A stretch of DNA of 34,444 bases, from NCBI GenBank assembly GCA_021816545.1, contig JAKAXP010000002.1, positions 1-34,444 of the forward strand. Direction: 5' to 3'. The first letter of the stretch is position 1; every line of letters begins with the position of its first letter. Under the pieces are notes generated by a model. The model searched no databases, was not told the DNA's origin, and was given only the letters and a program-made list of their open reading frames with translations. The DNA comes from Bacteroidota bacterium. Lineage in GTDB: Bacteria > Bacteroidota > Bacteroidia > Bacteroidales > VadinHA17. Made by a program: the position numbers and the translations under genes. Below, piece after piece: positions 17,224 to 25,109 of the stretch.

Positions 17224-17231
17224 TATATTTG
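17224..17231 (+). promoter_or_regulatory. Candidate -7 box TATATTTG for the blaI-blaR1 operon
   Basis: Perfect TAnnTTTG match, 69 nt upstream of the blaI ATG at 17300. Confidence 0.5.
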
Positions 17232-17299
17232 CGATGAAGGATTGATTGAAATTAAGTGTCCGGCAACGGGCATGGTTGTGATATTTAATTGAACCAATT

Positions 17300-17674
17300 A
17301 TGCAACTGACGAAGGCTGAAGAACAGATAATGCAAATTTTATGGAATTTGCAAGAGGGCGTGGTTAAGGACATCAGGGAGAAATTTGACGAACCGAAGCC
17401 TGCGCGAAACACTATCTCCACTGTACTTAAGGTGCTGGAAAAGAAGGGTTATGTGGATCACCGGGCTTATGCGAATGTTTTTCTCTACTATCCGCTGGTT
17501 TCAAAGCGGGAGTACTCAAAGCATCAGCTTTTCGGACTTCTCGAGGGGTATTTCAACAATTCATTCCCGGCAATGACCTCATTCTTTGCAAGGGAGAAGA
17601 ACCTTTCAGTGAAGGACCTTGACCGGATACTTGAGGAGGCGCGGGAAGATCTTGACGAAGACCAAAAGGAATAA
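17300..17674 (+). CDS. BlaI/MecI/CopY-family winged-helix transcriptional repressor
   Basis: 124 aa. The N-terminus LTKAEEQIMQILW...ARNTISTVLKVLEKKGYV is typical of the Penicillinase_R fold. It sits immediately upstream of an M56 sensor-protease gene, with a 3-nt gap. Confidence 0.88.
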   Translation: MQLTKAEEQIMQILWNLQEGVVKDIREKFDEPKPARNTISTVLKVLEKKGYVDHRAYANVFLYYPLVSKREYSKHQLFGLLEGYFNNSFPAMTSFFAREKNLSVKDLDRILEEAREDLDEDQKE

Positions 17675-17677
17675 AAT

Positions 17678-19747
17678 ATGGAACAGGCTGCATTTTACCT
17701 TCTGAAGTCCGCTGCATGGCTGACTGGTTTTACACTTCTGTACCTCCTCTTTCTCAGGAAGGAGAGGTTCTTCATGCTCAAGCGAATCTACCTTCTGTCA
17801 GGATTGGTTCTCTCTCTTCTCCTTCCGCTGGTAACGTTGCATTACAGGATTGAGCTTCCCGCCCCGCTGGTGCAGGAAACTCAGGGGATGAACACAATTC
17901 AACCTTCATCAACGGAAGCAGTGGCGGAGATAGTTGAAAAGTCAGATCCGCTGAAGTGGTTCATGATATTCTATGCCGCAGGAATACTCTTCCTGCTGGG
18001 ACGAACGCTGCAGTACCTTTTCTCGGTTTACCGCACGGTCAGACACGGGCAGATAAACAGAGAAGGCGATGCATTGCTTGTAAGAACTGAAAAATATACC
18101 TCCGCCTTCTCATTTTTCAATTATGTCTTTATCAATCCTTCACTGAGCGGGCGGGAGGTCCGGGAGATACTGAACCATGAGATGGTGCACCTGAGGCAGA
18201 AACACTGGTTTGATCTCCTGCTTATTGAGATAATGAGCCTGATACAATGGATGAATCCATTTGCGTGGATCTGTTCGGCGCTGGTCAGGCAGAATCATGA
18301 ACATCTTGCCGATGAGGAGGCGCTGCAGCGCACGTCCGACCCGGCAGGATACAGGGCAGCCCTTCTCAACCAGGTATTCAGTGCCAGGCTGATCACTCTG
18401 TCCAATTCGTTCAACTTTTCGTTTAACACAAACAGGTTTGAAATGATGAAAAAGAAAAATTATTCCCCATACAGGAAGCTTAAACTGCTTTTTGTACTGC
18501 CTGTAGCAGCAGCTATACTCTATGCATTCGCATCTCCGAAGTATGTGTCCCCAGACCCCGTCACACCATTTGAACTGACGATCATGCAGGCGGAGGCAGT
18601 TACACAGGTTCCGGTCAGGGGCGTTGTTTACAGGGAGGACGAAACACCATTCCCCGGTGTAAGCGTGAACGTGTCAGGGACAACATTGATGACAATCACA
18701 GGCCCTGACGGCAGATTTGAATTCAGGAGCATACCTGAAAATGTAATCCTGCTGTTTACCCATAAGGGTTATAAATACCTGCCCATTAAGCCTCAGTATG
18801 ACAAAGAGATGTCAGTAAAAATGATTCCCGATCCTGATTATGTTGACCCTGCAACAATACAGCCTGATCCTGCTAGAAAGCGTCCTGTTGTAGTCGTTGA
18901 CGGCGTGGTTACCGATGAAACCGAGGGTGCTGTGATGCAAAGAATGAGGGATGATCTGGGAGCATTCAATTCCTTGAAGCCTGAAGAAGCAGTAAAAAAA
19001 TACGGAGACAGGGCTGCGTCAGGCGCAGTCGAATACTGGTCCGTGAAGAAGGCAAAGGAACTGGGAATGAAGGTCCCGCTTAGGAGAAAATCTGAAAATG
19101 ATTTCCCGACTTTTGAAGGGAATTCATACCTGGCTTTCAACGAATGGGTGATAAGCCGCACTGTCTACCCCGGGGAAGCAGTACGCCTTGGCGTTTCAGG
19201 ATGGGCTCGCGTAAGCTATACGGTTGATAATGATGGCAATGTCACAGACATAAAACCGACGACAGGGACCAATTCCATCCTAGGTAATGCGCTTGCCGAA
19301 GTCATCCGCACCTCGCCGCGGTGGACGCCGCCACTAAACCCGGAGATGAACGAACCTTTCACTTCAGAGGTCGTGGCAAGGTTTACACTGCCAGACAAAG
19401 TGAAAGTAGCAGAAACATTTGTTGTGGTGGAGGAGATGCCTAAATTCCCCGGAGGAGACCAGGCCTTATTTAATCATCTTTACGAAAACCTGAAATATCC
19501 TCCCGAAGCGAAGACTCAGGGTATCCAGGGAAAGGTTATACTCCGTTTTGTGATCACCGCAGAAGGGAAAGTGGCAGATGTAACAATTGTCAGGGGTGTA
19601 CATCCGCTTCTGGATCAGGAAGCCATCAGGGTGATGAACACCGTGCCGGACTGGATTCCAGGAAAACAGGGAGGCAGAACCGTTGATGTCTATTACTCAG
19701 TACCTATCAGTTTTGCTCTGAAGGAGGGCACTGACACTTCAAAGTGA
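17678..19747 (+). CDS. BlaR1-type M56 metallopeptidase sensor fused to a CarboxypepD_reg-like domain and two TonB C-terminal-like domains
   Basis: Multi-TM N-terminus with the HExxH motif as LNHEMVHLRQKHWFD. A VRGVVYREDETPFPGVSVNVSGT beta-sandwich follows. Two TonB_C-like units are present: FPTFEGNSYLAFNEWV...VARFTL, and MPKFPGGDQALFNHLYENLKYPPEAKTQGIQGKVILRFVI...VPISFAL. Confidence 0.82.
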   Translation: MEQAAFYLLKSAAWLTGFTLLYLLFLRKERFFMLKRIYLLSGLVLSLLLPLVTLHYRIELPAPLVQETQGMNTIQPSSTEAVAEIVEKSDPLKWFMIFYAAGILFLLGRTLQYLFSVYRTVRHGQINREGDALLVRTEKYTSAFSFFNYVFINPSLSGREVREILNHEMVHLRQKHWFDLLLIEIMSLIQWMNPFAWICSALVRQNHEHLADEEALQRTSDPAGYRAALLNQVFSARLITLSNSFNFSFNTNRFEMMKKKNYSPYRKLKLLFVLPVAAAILYAFASPKYVSPDPVTPFELTIMQAEAVTQVPVRGVVYREDETPFPGVSVNVSGTTLMTITGPDGRFEFRSIPENVILLFTHKGYKYLPIKPQYDKEMSVKMIPDPDYVDPATIQPDPARKRPVVVVDGVVTDETEGAVMQRMRDDLGAFNSLKPEEAVKKYGDRAASGAVEYWSVKKAKELGMKVPLRRKSENDFPTFEGNSYLAFNEWVISRTVYPGEAVRLGVSGWARVSYTVDNDGNVTDIKPTTGTNSILGNALAEVIRTSPRWTPPLNPEMNEPFTSEVVARFTLPDKVKVAETFVVVEEMPKFPGGDQALFNHLYENLKYPPEAKTQGIQGKVILRFVITAEGKVADVTIVRGVHPLLDQEAIRVMNTVPDWIPGKQGGRTVDVYYSVPISFALKEGTDTSK

Positions 19748-19770
19748 TCTGATCTGTCTGTAACAACAAT

Positions 19771-19805
19771 ATCCGGGAGGGAGTTCTCTCCCGGATTCTT
19801 TTTTG
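19771..19805 (+). terminator. Rho-independent terminator after blaR1
   Basis: A 9-bp stem, ATCCGGGAG (19771..19779) with CTCCCGGAT (19788..19796), has an 8-nt loop and is followed by TCTTTTTTG. Confidence 0.8.
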
Positions 19806-20034
19806 CCGGGCGGAGAAGGAATCAGATATCCCAGTCCTACATTGTTTTAACCTCTCTGTGGTACATCCGGCAATGTTATCATGCATTCTGAATGCCTCCC
19901 ACATTACCCTCCTGACTCTTGCCTACTGCCTATTGCCTTCTGTCTTTTGTGTTTTACCTGACAGGCAGTGCCTCAATCACTACGTGTTATTTTCTGAGAG
20001 AAATATTTGCAAATCATAAAATCCTGTTTTAACT

Positions 20035-20106
20035 TTGACCGACCGTTCAATCAAAAAAACGGTTTTTTAAAGGGGGATTTATTGGTTAACCGGTCATTCA
20101 AAAAAA
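20035..20106. promoter_or_regulatory. Two 25-nt direct repeats upstream of tetR; candidate TetR operators
   Basis: R1 is TTGACCGACCGTTCAATCAAAAAAA (20035..20059). R2 is TTGGTTAACCGGTCATTCAAAAAAA (20082..20106). They match at 19 of 25 positions with a 47-bp period. Each contains a partial palindrome: TTGAcC-N4-GTTCAA in R1 and TaACCGGTcA in R2. R2 ends 7 nt before the ATG. Confidence 0.35.
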
Positions 20107-20113
20107 GAATAAG

Positions 20114-20746
20114 ATGTCACCAAGAACTCCGGATCAGTTTGAGGGGATAAGGGAAGAAAAAAAAGCCCTCATCATGAATGTGGCCCTGGAACACTTTTCA
20201 GACCACGGATTTCACGCTACAACAATAAACCATATAGCGAAACACGCCGGCATCTCCAAGGGGCTCATGTATAACTATTTCAGGAGCAAGGAAGAGCTCC
20301 TGGCAGCTATCATCAACCGTTCCCTCAGCCAGATTTATACAGGCTTCAACCCTGACCGTGACAGCCACCTTACCGAACAGGAGTTTGAACTCTTTATCCG
20401 GAAGGTTTTTGATATGTTCAGGGAAAACAGGCAATTCTGGAGACTGATCTACAGGGTTATGATGCAGAGGGGTGTTTATGAAAACCTGCTCAGTGACCAA
20501 TCATCATCGTACATGGTGGGTGATATGCCTCTGAAGGATTTCTCTGCAGACATGATGAGGCTGATGACCGATTACTTCATCCGCAAGGGCGAAAAAGAAG
20601 ATGCTGACTATGACCCTATTACTGAAATGATCATGTTTTCAAACACACTGAAGGGTTTTGCACTTACATATATTTTTGCCCCTGAGCAATACCCCGATGA
20701 ATACTTCAATAAGACAGTCGACGCATTAATTAAGAAATACAGATGA
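20114..20746 (+). CDS. TetR/AcrR-family transcriptional regulator
   Basis: N-terminal helix-turn-helix FHATTINHIAKHAGISKGLMYNYFRSKEEL. The 210-aa protein has a helical C-terminal ligand domain. Its stop overlaps the next start (ATGA). Confidence 0.9.
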   Translation: MSPRTPDQFEGIREEKKALIMNVALEHFSDHGFHATTINHIAKHAGISKGLMYNYFRSKEELLAAIINRSLSQIYTGFNPDRDSHLTEQEFELFIRKVFDMFRENRQFWRLIYRVMMQRGVYENLLSDQSSSYMVGDMPLKDFSADMMRLMTDYFIRKGEKEDADYDPITEMIMFSNTLKGFALTYIFAPEQYPDEYFNKTVDALIKKYR

Positions 20747-21513
20747 AAACTTACCTGAAACAGATTATCGCTCCCGCCCTTCTGATTGCGGCAATGGTCC
20801 CTGCAAATGTATCGGCGCAGCAACTCTCCGCCAGGGATATAGTCAAGAAGGCAGACGAAAAATTCAACGGGGAAAAATCGGGTTACAGCGTGATGAGCAT
20901 GACAATCGTGAGGCCGTCATGGCAGCGAACCGTAGAGTTCAAATCATGGTCGCTCGGCGATGATTATGCCCTTACCCTCATCACGGCTCCCGCCAGGGAA
21001 AAGGGACAGACTTTCCTCAAGCGCGGAACCGAGATGTGGAACTGGAATCCTTCAATAAACAGGCTGATCAAACTGCCTCCCTCAATGATGTCGCAGGGGT
21101 GGATGGGTTCTGACTACACCAATGATGACATACTGAGGGAGTCATCGGTTGTCAGTGATTATGATCATTCCCTTGAGGCAGAGGAGGAGGTTGACGGCCG
21201 GCTCTGTTACAGGATAAGACTTACAGCAAAAGAGGATGCAGGAGTTCTGTGGAGCCACCAGGTATGGTGGGTCGACAAAAAGGACTTCATAGTACTCAGG
21301 GCTGAGCTCTATGATGAGGACGGTTACCTCGTAAGGACAGAACGTGGAATGGACCTGAGAACCATGGACGGGAGGCTGATCCCGACCACTATTGAACTGG
21401 TACCGGCAGAGCAGGAGGGTCATAAGACAGTATTGAAAATCACCGAAATAAAGTTCAACATCACCGTTGAGGGGAGTTTCTTTTCACAGCAGAATATGAA
21501 ATCTGTCAGGTAA
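20743..21513 (+). CDS. Periplasmic LolA-like protein (outer membrane lipoprotein-sorting protein family)
   Basis: Type I signal peptide (LLIAAMVPANVSA/QQ). The 256-aa beta-rich protein has the family-typical early segment ARDIVKKADEKFNGEKS...MTIVRPSWQRTVEFKSW and W-rich strands. The call is by resemblance. Confidence 0.7.
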   Translation: MKTYLKQIIAPALLIAAMVPANVSAQQLSARDIVKKADEKFNGEKSGYSVMSMTIVRPSWQRTVEFKSWSLGDDYALTLITAPAREKGQTFLKRGTEMWNWNPSINRLIKLPPSMMSQGWMGSDYTNDDILRESSVVSDYDHSLEAEEEVDGRLCYRIRLTAKEDAGVLWSHQVWWVDKKDFIVLRAELYDEDGYLVRTERGMDLRTMDGRLIPTTIELVPAEQEGHKTVLKITEIKFNITVEGSFFSQQNMKSVR

Positions 21514-21540
21514 AATATTGAAAAACAAAGGCTTACTGTC

Positions 21541-22956
21541 ATGAAAGTAAATCAGCTCGCCTGGAGGAACCTGTGGCGAAACAGGAAGAGAACACTGATC
21601 ACTGCCGCTTCAGTCTTTTTTGCAGTGTTTTTTGCGCTGGTTATGAGATCATTCCAGCTCGGGACCTACGAAAAGATGTACAGTGACGTCATCCAGTCGT
21701 ACTCCGGTTACCTGCAGCTGCAGAACCCCTCATACCTTGATGAACCTAACCTTGACAATGGTTTCACGGTAGACTCCGTCCTTGTAAGCCGTCTTGAGAA
21801 GGACCCCAATGTTGAAGCCGTTGTGCCCCGGATAGAGTCGTTTGCACTGGCTGCAGCCGGAAGCCGCACACAGGGTGTTATGGTACTGGGGGTAGAACCG
21901 GAAAGCGAAAGTAAGGCTCTGAACATACGGAACAGGATAGTGCGTTACAAGCTGACACCGGAGGCCCTGGAAGCCCTTAAAGGTGAAGATCTTCCCAGCC
22001 GGCTTGGAAAAAACTTTGAACTGTTTGCCGGTGAGGCATTCACGGAAGCGAAGGATATGGCATCCATCCTCGGGGTTGGGAAAAGGGATACAGCCTCGCT
22101 GCTTCCGGTACTGACCAGACATACAGCCTACCCGGGCAGCTATCTCTCTTCAGGTGAGACCGGTTATGCGATAATCGGCAATGGCCTGTCAGATTACCTT
22201 GGGGCAGTTCCGGGTGACACAATCGTTCTCATGGGGCAGGGTTATCACGGCACCTCCGCTGCAGGCCTGTATGTGGTCAGGGGAGTTGTGAGCATGCCTA
22301 ACCCGGAGATAGACAACAGGTTTGTCTGCATAACACTTGATGATGCCCGCTGGCTCTATGCTGCCCCGGAAATGGCAACATCGGCAATCATCGGCATACG
22401 CAACAGTGAGGAAAAGGAGCTTGCAGCAACCCAGGAGAGGCTTCGCGAAGTTGCCGGCGATGAACTTGCAGTCCGCAACTGGAAGGAGATGAATGCCCTG
22501 CTCCTCAACCAGATGGAGGCTGACAATAAGAGCGGGGCCATAATGATAGGTATTCTCTACCTGGTCATCGCATTCGGTGTCTTCGGCACGGTTCTGATGA
22601 TGATGGCGGAACGAAGAAGGGAATTCGGAATGCTTATCTCGATCGGGATGCGCCGGGGTCGACTCGCAGGTGTCGTTGGCCTCGAAATGCTCCTCATAGG
22701 CCTGCTTGGTGTTGTCGCCGGTGTGATAGCTTCCCTCCCTGTTGTTTTCATGGGTCATGCAAGGCCCCTTCGCTTTACCGGCGAAATGGCCCGCATGTAT
22801 GAGGACTACGGGTTTGAACCTGTCATGCCGATGCTGCTTCCTGACACCTATTACCTGTGGCAGGTGGTTGTGGTACTTCTGATACTTACCGTCGCCATCT
22901 CCTTCAGCGTCAGGAAGATATTCAAACTGAATGTAATTAACGCTCTCAGAGCCTAA
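21541..22956 (+). CDS. ABC transporter permease, FtsX/MacB/LolC type (permease 1)
   Basis: N-terminus LAWRNLWRNRKRTLIT plus TM1. A ~290-aa periplasmic domain follows, then three C-terminal TM helices carrying the FtsX motif (ERRREFGMLISIGMRRG). Confidence 0.85.
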   Translation: MKVNQLAWRNLWRNRKRTLITAASVFFAVFFALVMRSFQLGTYEKMYSDVIQSYSGYLQLQNPSYLDEPNLDNGFTVDSVLVSRLEKDPNVEAVVPRIESFALAAAGSRTQGVMVLGVEPESESKALNIRNRIVRYKLTPEALEALKGEDLPSRLGKNFELFAGEAFTEAKDMASILGVGKRDTASLLPVLTRHTAYPGSYLSSGETGYAIIGNGLSDYLGAVPGDTIVLMGQGYHGTSAAGLYVVRGVVSMPNPEIDNRFVCITLDDARWLYAAPEMATSAIIGIRNSEEKELAATQERLREVAGDELAVRNWKEMNALLLNQMEADNKSGAIMIGILYLVIAFGVFGTVLMMMAERRREFGMLISIGMRRGRLAGVVGLEMLLIGLLGVVAGVIASLPVVFMGHARPLRFTGEMARMYEDYGFEPVMPMLLPDTYYLWQVVVVLLILTVAISFSVRKIFKLNVINALRA

Positions 22957-22967
22957 CGCATATAAGC

Positions 22968-24395
22968 ATGATAACTTCAATAGCCTGGAAAAACGTCTGG
23001 AGAAACAAGACCAGGAGCCTTACAGTCATTGCTGCGGTGACAGTGGGTGTCTTTGCCAGTGTATTTGCACTTGCCGCTATTAACAGTTCAATAGTGCAGA
23101 GGATTGACTCGGCGGTTAACGAGGAACTCTCTCATATACAGGTAAACCACAGGGAATTCCGGAGCAACAGTGAGATCACCAACATAATCCCTGATCCGGC
23201 TGCCGTTGTAGCAACCCTTCGAAACACTCCCGGCGTTACGGATGTCACTGGCCGTATAATAGTAAGGGGAATTGCTTCCGCACCAGCGGGCAGTGCAGGG
23301 GTGGAAATCAGCGGCATTGATATTGAAAAGGAAAAGCAGATGTTCACCCTCTCAGAAAAGCTTATTCCGGGTACCGGCAGTTATTTCGGCACCGATACCA
23401 GGCTGAACAGTGCCTTTATCGGGGAGAAGCTGGCCCGGGAATTACAGATCATCAGGTATATACTTACCCCGGAATCATTCAAGGCCCTGGAGGAAAAGGG
23501 TATTCCTGCAGAGGTTGCTGATAAACTGAAGCCGCTGGAAGGACAGCGTTTCACTACCGAGAAACGGCTGACGGAAGCCTATACCGACCTGCTGACACAG
23601 GGAGAGGTTAAGAAGTACGGACTCCGGATCCGCGAGGCAGCCTGGTCATACCGTGAGGGGTCCCGGATAATACTCACCTTCCTAGATTTTAACGGTAACC
23701 AGACCGGTGCTGCATTCCGGATATGCGGAATTTACCGTACAAACAATGATCTTTTCGAGGCTACGTCAGTCTTTGTTCCTGACGGCGAGCTCAGGAGGCT
23801 TGCCGGACTGGAAGAGGGTGTTTATCACCGGTTCATTGCCAGGCTTGAGGATAATGATCTTACTGACAAGGTTACCCCGGTCCTGAAAGAGGCGCTCCCG
23901 GACCTGGAGGTGATGAACTGGAAGGAAATACAGGTTGACCTTGCAATGATTGCTGATTATATAAACCAGATCTATGCAATATTCATGGTGCTCATACTGG
24001 CGGCCCTCTCATTCGGGATAGTCAACACAATGCTTATGGCAGTCCTGGAACGTACCCGCGAGCTGGGGATGCTCTCGGCAGTGGGAATGAACCGCAGAAG
24101 GATTTTCCGCATGATAATGCTTGAGTCAATTTTCCTTTCGATGGTGGGGGGTTTTGCCGGGATGGCGGTCAGCGGAGTGGCAATTGCCATAACCAATCAT
24201 ACAGGAATTAACCTGGTCAAATACTCGGAAGGGATGGAGGCTTTCGGGTATTCAGCACACCTTTACCCGACAATCGGTGCCGATTTCTTCATCATCCTTA
24301 CGGTACTTATTGTAATCACAGGGATACTGTCATCAGTATACCCCGCCCGCAAGGCTTTGCAACTCAATCCGGTGGAGGCACTCAGAGGTGAATAA
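22968..24395 (+). CDS. ABC transporter permease, FtsX/MacB/LolC type (permease 2)
   Basis: N-terminus IAWKNVWRNKTRSLTV plus TM1. A ~290-aa periplasmic domain follows, with C-terminal ERTRELGMLSAVGMNRR and three TM helices. It is a paralogue of permease 1. Confidence 0.85.
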   Translation: MITSIAWKNVWRNKTRSLTVIAAVTVGVFASVFALAAINSSIVQRIDSAVNEELSHIQVNHREFRSNSEITNIIPDPAAVVATLRNTPGVTDVTGRIIVRGIASAPAGSAGVEISGIDIEKEKQMFTLSEKLIPGTGSYFGTDTRLNSAFIGEKLARELQIIRYILTPESFKALEEKGIPAEVADKLKPLEGQRFTTEKRLTEAYTDLLTQGEVKKYGLRIREAAWSYREGSRIILTFLDFNGNQTGAAFRICGIYRTNNDLFEATSVFVPDGELRRLAGLEEGVYHRFIARLEDNDLTDKVTPVLKEALPDLEVMNWKEIQVDLAMIADYINQIYAIFMVLILAALSFGIVNTMLMAVLERTRELGMLSAVGMNRRRIFRMIMLESIFLSMVGGFAGMAVSGVAIAITNHTGINLVKYSEGMEAFGYSAHLYPTIGADFFIILTVLIVITGILSSVYPARKALQLNPVEALRGE

Positions 24396-24413
24396 CGAAT
24401 AAACATCATAACA

Positions 24414-25109
24414 ATGAAAGTAGTCGAGATCAACGAGGTACAGAAAACCTACCATGACACAGAGGTTGAAGTCAGGGCTGTCAACGGAGTGACCCTGAGT
24501 TTTGAGAAGGGCGATTTTGCTGTAATTGTCGGACCGTCAGGTTCAGGCAAGACCACCCTTTTAAACCTCATCGGCGGGCTTGACCAGCCTACTGCCGGTG
24601 AGATCATTGTTGCCGGGCACAGGCTCTCGGAACTGAAGCCCTCAGAGCTGATTGATTTCAGGATGGAGCATGTGGGCTTCGTCTTTCAGTCGTACAACCT
24701 GATACCTGTTCTTACTGCAGCAGAGAATGTGGGGTTCATAATGAGCCTTCAGAAATGGCCGAAGGAAAAGCGTATGGCAAGAACTGATGAGCTTATGGAG
24801 GCTGTAGGTCTTTCTGACAGGCATAAAAGCCGCCCTTCACAGCTCTCCGGAGGACAGCAACAGAGGGTAGCTGTGGCCCGGGCCCTGGCACCGAGACCTG
24901 AATTCATCCTGGCCGATGAACCAACGGCCAACCTGGATTCAAAATCAGCCGAGACCCTCCTTGATATAATGGAGAAACTGAACCGTGAGGAGGAGATGAC
25001 CTTTATCTTTTCAACACATGACGTGCGCGTCATGAAAAGGGCAAGAAGGGTCATTACCCTCGAAGACGGGAAGGTAGTTTCTGATGTAAGGACAAACCAT
25101 TCAGCATGA
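24414..25109 (+). CDS. ABC transporter ATP-binding protein (LolD/MacB-NBD type)
   Basis: Walker A GPSGSGKTT, Q-loop VFQSYNL, signature LSGGQQQRVAVARAL, Walker B ILADEPTANLD, H-loop STHD. Confidence 0.95.
   Translation: MKVVEINEVQKTYHDTEVEVRAVNGVTLSFEKGDFAVIVGPSGSGKTTLLNLIGGLDQPTAGEIIVAGHRLSELKPSELIDFRMEHVGFVFQSYNLIPVLTAAENVGFIMSLQKWPKEKRMARTDELMEAVGLSDRHKSRPSQLSGGQQQRVAVARALAPRPEFILADEPTANLDSKSAETLLDIMEKLNREEEMTFIFSTHDVRVMKRARRVITLEDGKVVSDVRTNHSA

Noticed and set aside
19881-19961. A 26-codon Cys-rich small ORF (MHSECLPHYPPDSCLLPIAFCLLCFT) in the blaR1-tetR spacer
   Set aside because: There is no promoter box or other support, and it is a by-product of the pyrimidine-rich tract. It cannot be distinguished from chance without expression or conservation data.
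22189-22980. A 263-aa ORF antisense to FtsX permease 1
   Set aside because: It lies entirely within a well-supported permease gene on the other strand. The translation is His/Cys/Asp-rich and low in plausibility, with no recognisable motifs. This is a typical shadow ORF.
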